Position numbers and translations under genes: made by a program | NCBI GenBank assembly: GCA_042565725.1 | Contig: JBHORK010000004.1 | Coordinates: forward strand, 2,750 to 66,749 | Origin: Verrucomicrobiota bacterium | GTDB taxonomy: Bacteria; Verrucomicrobiota; Kiritimatiellia; UBA8416; JBHORK01 | Direction: 5' to 3' | DNA length: 64,000 nucleotides | Shown: positions 1-8,771 of the stretch, in pieces | How positions within the stretch are numbered: position 1 is the stretch's first letter | Layout: each line of letters starts with the position of its first letter | The notes under the pieces: generated by a model | Databases searched by the model: none | What the model saw: only the letters and a program-made list of their open reading frames with translations | What the model was told of the DNA's origin: nothing

Positions 1-2
1 GG

Positions 3-164
3 TCTACTGCGGAACGCAAGCCTTACGCCGATTTTATCGAACTTGTCAGGGCTCAGTATCCACGCCTGAAAGCTGCCGGTATTGACTATGGCAAGGAAAC
101 AGGAGCCGTGTCGCCGCCAGGAAAATCTCCTGAAAAACGGAAGAAAAGGCATCGTAATAGGTAG
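3..164 (+). CDS. 3' end of an upstream gene (partial, product unknown)
   Basis: The frame starting at base 3 is open (STAERKPYADFIELVRAQYPRLKAAG...) and ends at TAG 162-164. Too short to assign a product. Confidence 0.45.
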   Translation, partial: STAERKPYADFIELVRAQYPRLKAAGIDYGKETGAVSPPGKSPEKRKKRHRNR

Positions 165-188
165 TCGATGCTGAAGAAGAATATAGGT

Positions 189-1313
189 TTAAACGTTTTC
201 AACAATTCTTTCATAATTCTTCATGGCTTGTGGTGATAGTTTTCGGCCGTAAGGACATGAGGATGGCAGCAGGACGAAACCTCGACCTTCGCCGGATGTT
301 CCTTCTTCCAGAGCACGCTTTACTTTTTCTTCGAATTGAGCTGTCGGCATATTTTCAATATCACTGGCTTCAAGATTTCCGAACAACACCAGATCCTTGC
401 CGTATTTCTCGCGGACATACTTGAGTTCAACATCACCCTGCGGCGGCGGCTCAATCGGGTCCAGCCCGATGGCGCCGGTTTCAACGATATAATTCAGAAT
501 ATCTTTAGTGTTACCATGTGAATGAATTCTGGCAAAACCGCCGTTTCCTTGAATCATCTCTATCATGGTTTTATCATAGCCCACGACGTATTCTTTAAAC
601 AGGTTCGGGGGCAGATAGGGCGGGGCGGCAAATTCCGGGCCGTAGATTCTCCACAATCTGCCGGGTAAAGCTTTTGCAACCGCGTCTGTTCTGGGATAAA
701 GATATTCGGCAAACTTGTTCAGGAGTGTTCTGAATAATTCCGGCTCGGTCATTGCAATGATGGTATATTCTTCCATGTTAAAAAGTGACGCAGCCAGGCA
801 CAGCGGGTCAGGTGTGTCTATCATTACAATTCCCGTGTCGCCTAAAGCCCTTTCTGCATCCAGTACCCGATTAAGATCAAGTGTTCCGTCAAATTCAGGT
901 AAATTGATTTCCAGAAATGATTTAAGGTCATTTGTGTTTTTGAGATAATGTTCTTCTGTCCAGATCGTATTTACATCCCGGTCACGGCGGGTGCGTGATG
1001 TCAGTTTCCCTGTATTTGTTTTTAATGTTTTTTTATGAGTTCTGCTGTTTTCGTTCTCAATCGTTTCAATATCTGCCAGAGCATCAACAGGATCAGGTGT
1101 GAAGCTGTCAAAAAACAGACTCCGCATTACAATGCGATCGGTTTTGTCGCGTGTCAGATCAATAAGCGGTTTCCATGAAGGATCTGAATAGATGTTGTAC
1201 GGATCCGTATCGACTGGGTCTTCGTCCAGTCCGTTCAACTCATAAAAGTTTACAGGTGGGCGGTCGACGGATTCGCCCCGTAATGTTGCCATTAGTCTTT
1301 CACGACGTGTCAT
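189..1313 (-). CDS. Uroporphyrinogen decarboxylase (URO-D/MtaA-CmuA-like) family protein
   Basis: N-terminal MTRRERLMATLRGESVDRPP and C-terminal IHSHG...GLDPIEPPPQGD...VLFGNL...GFVLLPSSCP motifs are typical of this superfamily. Confidence 0.85.
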   Translation of the reverse strand: MTRRERLMATLRGESVDRPPVNFYELNGLDEDPVDTDPYNIYSDPSWKPLIDLTRDKTDRIVMRSLFFDSFTPDPVDALADIETIENENSRTHKKTLKTNTGKLTSRTRRDRDVNTIWTEEHYLKNTNDLKSFLEINLPEFDGTLDLNRVLDAERALGDTGIVMIDTPDPLCLAASLFNMEEYTIIAMTEPELFRTLLNKFAEYLYPRTDAVAKALPGRLWRIYGPEFAAPPYLPPNLFKEYVVGYDKTMIEMIQGNGGFARIHSHGNTKDILNYIVETGAIGLDPIEPPPQGDVELKYVREKYGKDLVLFGNLEASDIENMPTAQFEEKVKRALEEGTSGEGRGFVLLPSSCPYGRKLSPQAMKNYERIVENV

Positions 1314-1540
1314 GGTGCTTTTAGTCTCTATGTTTTTTTGTTCAAGTTCGTTTTCGAACGACTGACAGGAATTTGATTTTTGCTTATCATATACACAGCC
1401 TCCGTATAGGGCAAATCATTCTGAATGAATCAAGGCTATGGTGCGGATGCGTCCTTCAAGCTTCTGTTACAAACTCGTTACACACAAAAACCGATTCTTA
1501 TGCGATCATATTATTAGAACAAGGAAGGATCAGGTTGCTG

Positions 1541-4500
1541 ATGAATAGCGGAATAAAAACAAAACGGGTTGCCAAATTAATTATTGCTCTGTCGATTTGC
1601 TTTGTCTTGTTTTTCGGTATAAAGATTTTCAGAGAGTATTTCTACGGCGACCCTGACGCGCCGTATTATATTGTTCCGGAAGAATGGCATGCGTTTCTTT
1701 CCGTAACTGACGAAAAGACCAATGTTGATTTGCAGTGGAATCTTGATGTCCTGAAGATTGATCCCGGGCATGTTGCCATGGTCCAGCTTTTTCCGATCGG
1801 CACGGTTTTCCGTGAAGTTAAAATGAATGAAGAAGATGTCCTGCCGGTTAAAAGGTCCGGATGGTTTTGTGTTGAGATTAAAAGGCCGGGCACATACTCC
1901 GTATCCGCCGGGGTTGATGTTCATACGGAAGAAAAAGAGAACGTTTCTTCCGTAAAATTCAAGAAACCTTTCTTTATTAATTCGGTTATTCACGTTGATT
2001 CAGATGATGTATTGGAATTTGCGGTTGATGATGCGGTCGGTTCGGTAACGGGTGATGAAGAAGGAACGCATGGCGCTATTCATGTGGGATTGCTGAGAGA
2101 TTTGACGGTTACATGGCGGGCGCTCCGTGAAAGAGTTGAACAGGTGGGGATACCGTCAATAAAACCGTCAATCGCGTGGACTGTCAGCGACAGCACAATT
2201 TCCGCTAATGCGCTTTTAGATGTTACGATTATGGGCGGCTCCAGCGAGATGGTTTCCATGATACTTCCTTTTGGTGCTGACAGGGTAGATGTCAGGAGCG
2301 GGGTTATGCGTGACTGGCGGAAGACCGGGGACAGACTCGATATTTATTTTACCGAGAAAGTCAGTGGTCAATTTAAGATCAGTTTGTCATTTGATATTCC
2401 CAGGACGGGTGATGTTGCGGAATGTTCCATGTTTAAAGTTGAAGGCGGCAGGCTGGATGCCGGCGGCTGGATGTTGGCTGTAAATGACACCAGCGGGCTG
2501 ATGCTTGAAAACAATATTGCCGGCCTGCAGGCGGCAACTGATCTGGATGTTCCTGCGGATGTAATAAGTCTTGTAAAAGGGAAGCCTTTGTTTTTTTACA
2601 GGGTCCTTAATCGTAATGCCGGGCCGGTATTTGATGTTGTTACCAAGAAGCCTTTTCCTGTTGTTGATACCATAGCTGATCGGCTCGATATATTTACGGT
2701 TGTTCATAATGGCGGTGAGGAAATAAGCAGGTTGTCTTACCGTATAAGAAATAACAACAAGCAATTCCTGCGCGTTAAAATGCCTGAAGAGTTCAGGTTG
2801 ATATATGTTGAAGTTGATAATGAGCGCTGCAGCATTTCAGAGGAAGACGGGGTTTTGCTTGTTCCCCTGGTTAGATCTATTCAGACAATGGGCGGGCTTG
2901 TTCCGTTTCCTGTGGAAATAGTTTATTGCCGGCAGGGGATGACGATCTCCAATGGTGATAAGTTCAGGCTGGATCTCCCCGAGCTTCCTGAAGTGCCTGT
3001 CGCGCATGTAACCGCAAGAGTATTTTACCCCGGCGAGATGAGCATCAATTCGTATAGAAGTTCATTAACAAGGGTGGATAAATTAAGTATTGAGGATGCG
3101 GTATCATTCCGGGATGCGCCCCTGATAGTAACAAACGCGGCTTATGATGTGTCCGGTTGGGTCAACGATGCTTGGGTATATAACAATTATCAGGTTGGTT
3201 ATGATGCTTACAGGAAGAACGACCTTGAATCCGCCGAGCAGTATTTCAGAAAAACACAGTTACTGTCTCCGCAGGGTGCGCCTATATCAAAAACAACCAA
3301 AGATCTGCTTGGTAATCTCATGGTTGGCAGAGGAGAGATCAAAGGGAAGGATAAGCTTGAGAAGGCGAAAATGCTTTCTATTAAAGGTCAGCTCGCGAGT
3401 GATGTGGATGATATTCAGACTCAGCAGGGAAAGCTGATTCAGGTCGGCCTTGCCAATCTGAAAGAAGGAGATGAGGAGCTTGGCGCTGAGCTGTTGAGGG
3501 AGGCTGAAGATCTCGGAAAAGAAATTTCTCGAAGGGGTGGTTCCGCATTGCGACAGAAAGCTGTAAGCAGAACTTACGAGCGTCAGCTGCAGGACATTGA
3601 AGATCAGCGCAGATATAACAGGGATCTCAATAAAAAGCTTGAGAAGCTTCAGAAGCAGGCGCAGACGGTTCTTGCGAATGCGCCAAATGATAAAGGCGAA
3701 AAAGCGCGCTCGTTTGCGCAAGGTGTCATTGTTGCGGCTGAGGAAGAGAATGTTTCGCTTACTGAAATGCCCGTTGCCGATATTGCATGGAGCGACAAAA
3801 GTGCTAAGAAGAATTATTCTAAACGCGCTGAAGCGTCACAGGTAAGAGGCAGGTTTGCCAGATCAGGCAAATCTTCATGGAGATCCGATATTAAAAAAAG
3901 GAGTAAGAATGAATCTTTGAAGGAGAAGAACAAAGAACTCCGTAAAAAGGTGTCGATCCTTGATAGAGCACTTTCTGTAATGAACAGTGATACGGCAAAC
4001 AAGCCGGTGCAGATTGATTCTTTGAGTGTAAGAAAGTCTGTCGCGAGTCTTAAGGATGATGTCGCGGATGCCAAAAGCCGTTTTCAGGAGCTGGCCAGTG
4101 GTTCTGCCGGCGTTAATGATTATATGAATGCGGAAAAAGAGCTGAGCATGCTTGAGCAGAAAGCACAGGGCGGTAAGGTCTCCTTTGGGGCTTTGGATGA
4201 TACTGTTCAGCAGGAACTTTCTGAACTTGAAGAAGAAGTTAAGGGTTTGAAGAATAAAATTGCGGGTCAGCGCGCCGCGCAGGAGAAACAGGACGTTATT
4301 GAAATTAATATTGGTAAAATCGTAAACACTGATAATCCCAATGCGACAAAAGCATTTAAGCAATTCATGGGCACAAATTATTGGGGATCGCAATTGGATC
4401 AATCCGGTTTTTGGATAGATGGCCAAAATCTGGTGGTTACGAATGCCTGCAACATTCCTGCGGAATTTAATCAGGTGGTAGAGAAAATTGCTGATAACCG

Positions 4501-5020
4501 CGGCAACGCGGTTTCGGTTGCCGGCAATACTATTGATCTGGATGTAAATAATGTTCCCGTTGTTAATAACTGGTTTTCAAATACAACGGCTACAGGGAAG
4601 AAATACGCGATTCTTGATGAAGCCCAGTACAGGACCATTGTCCAGGCAAACGCGGCATTGTCCGGTGAGAGTCTTGATTCGGAGCGCATGGAAAAGAAGG
4701 AAGTAATACTCGGAACACCCAATGGTGTTAACGGCATCAACTTTACATTATCTGATGCGGACAATGATGCTAATGGATTGTTGATTGAAGGGAGCGAGAT
4801 CAATATTTCGCATGACCAGTATTACGCTGTTGCTGATGGTAAGAAAGTTTCGGTTTTAAAGGCAGGCGAGCTGCATAACTGGCAGGAAGAAGGAAGCGAT
4901 ATAAACATGGAGGTAAGCATTCCTTACAAGCTGGATATTCCGCAGGCAGGTGTTCGGGTTTGTTTTGAAAAAACACTTTTGTCGGCCGGTGAATCACCGG
5001 ATATAGAAATTGGATTTTAG
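1541..5020 (+). CDS. Large membrane-anchored protein of unknown function (beta-sandwich repeats, TPR-like and coiled-coil insert); paralogue of 5542-7506
   Basis: Long ORF; likely start ATG 1541 (MNSGIKTKR) after AGGAAGG. N-terminal hydrophobic helix. Shares motifs with the next gene (YRIRNNNKQFLRVKMP vs YNVRNHRNQFLRIELP; FPVEIVY; C-terminal EKTLL/EKILV). Confidence 0.8.
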   Translation: MNSGIKTKRVAKLIIALSICFVLFFGIKIFREYFYGDPDAPYYIVPEEWHAFLSVTDEKTNVDLQWNLDVLKIDPGHVAMVQLFPIGTVFREVKMNEEDVLPVKRSGWFCVEIKRPGTYSVSAGVDVHTEEKENVSSVKFKKPFFINSVIHVDSDDVLEFAVDDAVGSVTGDEEGTHGAIHVGLLRDLTVTWRALRERVEQVGIPSIKPSIAWTVSDSTISANALLDVTIMGGSSEMVSMILPFGADRVDVRSGVMRDWRKTGDRLDIYFTEKVSGQFKISLSFDIPRTGDVAECSMFKVEGGRLDAGGWMLAVNDTSGLMLENNIAGLQAATDLDVPADVISLVKGKPLFFYRVLNRNAGPVFDVVTKKPFPVVDTIADRLDIFTVVHNGGEEISRLSYRIRNNNKQFLRVKMPEEFRLIYVEVDNERCSISEEDGVLLVPLVRSIQTMGGLVPFPVEIVYCRQGMTISNGDKFRLDLPELPEVPVAHVTARVFYPGEMSINSYRSSLTRVDKLSIEDAVSFRDAPLIVTNAAYDVSGWVNDAWVYNNYQVGYDAYRKNDLESAEQYFRKTQLLSPQGAPISKTTKDLLGNLMVGRGEIKGKDKLEKAKMLSIKGQLASDVDDIQTQQGKLIQVGLANLKEGDEELGAELLREAEDLGKEISRRGGSALRQKAVSRTYERQLQDIEDQRRYNRDLNKKLEKLQKQAQTVLANAPNDKGEKARSFAQGVIVAAEEENVSLTEMPVADIAWSDKSAKKNYSKRAEASQVRGRFARSGKSSWRSDIKKRSKNESLKEKNKELRKKVSILDRALSVMNSDTANKPVQIDSLSVRKSVASLKDDVADAKSRFQELASGSAGVNDYMNAEKELSMLEQKAQGGKVSFGALDDTVQQELSELEEEVKGLKNKIAGQRAAQEKQDVIEINIGKIVNTDNPNATKAFKQFMGTNYWGSQLDQSGFWIDGQNLVVTNACNIPAEFNQVVEKIADNRGNAVSVAGNTIDLDVNNVPVVNNWFSNTTATGKKYAILDEAQYRTIVQANAALSGESLDSERMEKKEVILGTPNGVNGINFTLSDADNDANGLLIEGSEINISHDQYYAVADGKKVSVLKAGELHNWQEEGSDINMEVSIPYKLDIPQAGVRVCFEKTLLSAGESPDIEIGF

Positions 5021-5067
5021 CAAAGGTAGTGGAATAAAATGCATGAAAAAATGAAGAGAAGAAGAAA

Positions 5068-5400
5068 ACCACGGAGGTCACAGAGATACGGAGAAGAAAT
5101 AGAGGAGGTTGCATGAATTTGGCGCAGATATTGCATCCTCTAAATATTAAATTGCACGTATATATAGAAATATCTGCGCCAAATTCATGCAACGATTGAT
5201 GCCTGGAGAAAGGCGGAGGGAAAATAAGATATGATTAAAAGTATGTATTATGTAAGGGATGCTGATGTTTTTTCGGTCTTTTTTTCTGCCTCCTCTTTAC
5301 AACCCGTTGCGGAATTTTCTGTCCGGATACTTCCGGCAGAAAATAACGCAACACTCTTTTCTTTTTTATCTCTTCTCCGTGACTCCGTGTTCTCCGTGGT
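5068..5400. repeat. Intergenic element bounded by 30-bp imperfect inverted repeats built from 9-mer CACGGAGnn units
   Basis: 5068-5097 ACCACGGAGGTCACAGAGATACGGAGAAGA vs the reverse complement of 5371-5400, ACCACGGAGAACACGGAGTCACGGAGAAGA (25/30 identical). Confidence 0.8.
5108..5193. repeat. 86-bp MITE-like element with a perfect 25-bp inverted repeat
   Basis: GTTGCATGAATTTGGCGCAGATATT (5108-5132) is the exact reverse complement of 5169-5193, with a 36-nt AT-rich spacer. Confidence 0.85.
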
Positions 5401-5541
5401 TAAATCTTTTAAAGAACGTGGAGGGTGGGTTTTAAAAGAGGGACAAGGGTGGTTCTTGCGTAACATGTTCCAGGACATGATGTTCTGCAGATGACAGAAT
5501 GGAATTCGTTGCAAAACGTTAACACAATAAAGGAGGTAGTC

Positions 5542-7506
5542 ATGAACGAGGAACGTAAAGAAGAAGAGCTGGTGCCGCAGGATGAAGAGATTCAACCGGA
5601 GGCAGAACAAATTGAAGAGACAGAACAAGTTGAAAAGGTAGAAGAAGTAACGGATGAGGATGAGAATAAAGAAGGGCCTGTAGCAGAAGAAATGACGACA
5701 GAATTGCAGGCTGAAGAAAAGCCGGTTGAAAAAAAGCCGCGCAAGCCGAGAGGTTCTGTTTTTCCGTGGCTGATGATGATTGTCATGATGGCGGCTGTTG
5801 TATCGGGATTCTGGTACACAAAAGAATATTGGCTGAGCTTGTTGAACCCCGCTCCATGGGATGCGCCTTATATAATAACAGCAACGGAGTATGACGGAAC
5901 AGAGGTAAGCGAAGAAGGCGCAAACTTCAAGGCCACGTATCATATAGATATAGAAAGCAAGGATACGTGGAAAAAGATACCTTTAATTCCTGCAACTGTT
6001 GCGATTATTGATTCGGACCTTCCTTCTGACGCGTATTTGGTATTGTCAGATGGGCATTACACTATGCTTACACGTAAGAATGGGAAAATAGATGTTTCTA
6101 TAACATTTTCTGTTGCAGTCTCTGAAGTTGGGTCGGGACACAAAGTAGCTTTTGCGAGGGTGCCTTCGGTCACATGCGTTTTAGAGGCAATACTGCCGGA
6201 AGAAGGGCTTGATATAAAGGTTACAGGCGCGCAGTCAACGGATATAAAACCTGAGAATGGTACCACAAGCGTGTCCGCGGCACTGCCGGATGGAACGCCT
6301 ATAGAATTGGCATGGGAAAAAGCAATCCCTGAACTGCCTGAGGGACCTTCTCAGTTTCATAGTTATACAAAAACCCTGATATCGGTTGCTGAAGGCATAG
6401 TGCATGGTGAAACAAGAATAGATTTCAGTATTCTTCATACACCTACGTATGTGCTGGAACTTAATGTGCCTGAAAACGTGAGTGTTCTGGAAGTTACTGG
6501 TGCGGATATAAGGGACTGGCGTCTTGAAAATGAAAAGATGACTGTGCATTTTGAGAAAGAAGTTATCGGGCTATATAACATGAACATAAAATACGAAATG
6601 CCCGCTAACGTTGAAGGAGGCAAGATTAACGTTCCGATGATAACAGGTTCCGGTGTTAAGAGCGAAAAAGGTGAGATAGGCATTGTTGCGCTTACCAATA
6701 TTGAGATCAAGAACGGCGAAGTTTCTAACGCGCATCTTATAGATGTTAAGGATCTTCCTTCCGATATAATAGGCATGACATCTCAACCCGTTCTGCTGGC
6801 GTATCGTTACGCGAACCCTGAGTTTGATGTGACTCTGGATGTTAACAAGCCGAACGATGTTGACGTATTGCTTGCTATAATTGACAGAGCGAACGTTACT
6901 ATCATGCAGACTCTTGATGGAAAGCGCGTAACACGCGCTGTATACAATGTGAGAAACCACAGGAACCAGTTCCTGAGAATAGAGCTTCCTGAAGGAGCTG
7001 AGCTCTGGAGCGCATCTGTTGCCGGCAGGGTCAGTCAGCCGGTAAAAGATGAAAGCGGCAGAATACTTTTGCCCCTTGTCCGCTCACAGGGCGGCAGCAG
7101 GATGTCGGCATTTCCAGTCGAAATCGTCTATGCCGAGGAAGGTGAAAAGCCTGATGAGCGCGGGCGTGGTATCGCAAAGGTAACACTGCCTTCATGCAGT
7201 GAACCGATAATGCATCTTATGGTTTCGCTGTATGTTCCTGAACAGGGAAAGTATGATGATTTTGAAGGAACGATGCATAAGGTGGAGAACTTCTCTGCTG
7301 TCAGGCGCGAGGTGCCTGTGCGGGTTATAAATAATGTCAATCAGATGCGGCAGGTAGCTATTCGGAAGCCTGTTCCGGGCGGTAACGGGCGCACGGATAT
7401 TGATGTTCAGATTCCTTTAAGCGGTAAATCCTTTTTACTGGAAAAGATTCTTGTTATAAAAGATCAACAGTGGTTTTCTTATAGTTATAGGAACCTTGAT
7501 AAATAG
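5542..7506 (+). CDS. Membrane-anchored protein of unknown function; shorter paralogue of 1541-5020
   Basis: AGGAGG RBS at 5531-5536 before ATG 5542. Acidic N-tail, one TM helix (FPWLMMIVMMAAVVSGFWY), then beta-rich domains shared with the upstream gene. Confidence 0.85.
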   Translation: MNEERKEEELVPQDEEIQPEAEQIEETEQVEKVEEVTDEDENKEGPVAEEMTTELQAEEKPVEKKPRKPRGSVFPWLMMIVMMAAVVSGFWYTKEYWLSLLNPAPWDAPYIITATEYDGTEVSEEGANFKATYHIDIESKDTWKKIPLIPATVAIIDSDLPSDAYLVLSDGHYTMLTRKNGKIDVSITFSVAVSEVGSGHKVAFARVPSVTCVLEAILPEEGLDIKVTGAQSTDIKPENGTTSVSAALPDGTPIELAWEKAIPELPEGPSQFHSYTKTLISVAEGIVHGETRIDFSILHTPTYVLELNVPENVSVLEVTGADIRDWRLENEKMTVHFEKEVIGLYNMNIKYEMPANVEGGKINVPMITGSGVKSEKGEIGIVALTNIEIKNGEVSNAHLIDVKDLPSDIIGMTSQPVLLAYRYANPEFDVTLDVNKPNDVDVLLAIIDRANVTIMQTLDGKRVTRAVYNVRNHRNQFLRIELPEGAELWSASVAGRVSQPVKDESGRILLPLVRSQGGSRMSAFPVEIVYAEEGEKPDERGRGIAKVTLPSCSEPIMHLMVSLYVPEQGKYDDFEGTMHKVENFSAVRREVPVRVINNVNQMRQVAIRKPVPGGNGRTDIDVQIPLSGKSFLLEKILVIKDQQWFSYSYRNLDK

Positions 7507-7590
7507 TCGACACTGAGCAGAATGGTATTGTTCAAATGTTAAGACCTGGCAATCTTATGTGTTTCAGTGCATAGGGAAATGAGGTTTAAG

Positions 7591-7633
7591 AATTGAATAT
7601 CCAATATCCAACAAGGAATATCCAACATCCAAG
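7591..7633 (+). repeat. Heptamer-periodic ATATCCA array with CCAACAAGGAA core
   Basis: AATTGAATATCCAATATCCAACAAGGAATATCCAACATCCAAGG. The 25-mer 7601-7625 is identical to 8569-8593. Confidence 0.85.
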
Positions 7634-7788
7634 GAGGGAAGCAGTGAGTGCTGTCAATATCTTGTGCTGCAGGTGCTTGCAAGGTTCTCTTTTGATAGTA
7701 TGAATATTCGTGATACAGAGGTTCAGTCATTAGCTTTTGAATGAAATTAAGAAATGTTTCAACGCCGACTAATAAAGGAATTATTGAA

Positions 7789-8496
7789 ATGGCAAAGCGT
7801 ACTATACTTGTTGTTGAAGATGATGCATCGATCAGAAGAGGCATTGTTGACGCGCTTCAGTTCGCGGAATATAACGTGATAGAAGCTGATAATGGCAATG
7901 ACGGCATGCGTATGGCGGTTCGGGGCGGATATGATCTGCTCCTTCTTGACCTGGTTTTACCCGGGCCGGGCGGGTTGGAAATACTTGCTGAAGTACGCAC
8001 TTCTCGACCGACGCTTCCCGTGATTATACTTACCGCTAAAGGCGCTGAATCCGACCGTGTCAAAGGCTTGAAACTTGGCGCGGATGATTACGTTGCCAAG
8101 CCGTTCAGTGTAAAGGAGCTTATGGCTCGGATAGAAGCAGTTATGCGGCGTTCACCGGAAAGGCCTGTTGACTTGAATGAGGTGGTTTTTAATGGGGGAG
8201 TCGCCGATCTGAAACGCGCTGAAATAAGATTCAAGAATGGAGACCGCGCGGAATTGTCCGAACGCGAGATGGAGCTGTTACGTTATCTTGCGGGGAACAG
8301 GGGCAGGGCGATTTCAAGAGAAGAAATACTCAGGCGTGTTTGGCGTATTGATCCGGACAGAATAGAAACCCGCACCATAGATATGCATATAGCGCGGCTA
8401 AGAGAAAAACTCGGAGATGATTCTGACAAACCGCATATCCTTTGCACGGTACGGGGTAAGGGATATATGTTTATGCCGTTAAAGAGTAAAAAATGA
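7789..8496 (+). CDS. OmpR/PhoB-family response regulator
   Basis: Receiver domain (ILVVEDD, LLLLDLVLP, ILTAK, DDYVAKPF) plus winged helix (RTIDMHIARLREKL, TVRGKGY). Likely start ATG 7789. Confidence 0.95.
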   Translation: MAKRTILVVEDDASIRRGIVDALQFAEYNVIEADNGNDGMRMAVRGGYDLLLLDLVLPGPGGLEILAEVRTSRPTLPVIILTAKGAESDRVKGLKLGADDYVAKPFSVKELMARIEAVMRRSPERPVDLNEVVFNGGVADLKRAEIRFKNGDRAELSEREMELLRYLAGNRGRAISREEILRRVWRIDPDRIETRTIDMHIARLREKLGDDSDKPHILCTVRGKGYMFMPLKSKK

Positions 8497-8568
8497 ATAT
8501 TGTTCAGAAGTTGACGCTTGGGGCTTTCAGAGCACGAGCTGATTTTGGGTTGAAAGAAAGGTGAACAC

Positions 8569-8697
8569 CCAATATCCAACAAGGAATATCCAAGGAAGAA
8601 GTGGATGAGGAAAGTGAATGAATGTCACAAAGGCCTGCGATTTGCTTCTCTTAGCGCACTTAGGAGTTGGGAGTTCCTTGTTGGCTGTTGGATGTTG
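8569..8697. repeat. Inverted pair of heptamer arrays (CCAACAAGGAA ... TTCCTTGTTGG)
   Basis: Core at 8576-8586 and its exact reverse complement at 8674-8684, each within 7-nt periodic flanks. Confidence 0.8.
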
Positions 8698-8771
8698 AGA
8701 AGGTGTCGCCAACGGGGACAGTTTCCCGGAACGGTGATGATCATGTGTTAACATTTGAACGTTATCAAAAA

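Noticed and set aside
5248-5943. 231-aa minus-strand ORF and the 87-aa ORF 5231-5494
   Set aside because: Phe/Leu-rich antisense reading of the Glu-rich start of the 5542 gene and of repeat DNA; no protein-like signal.
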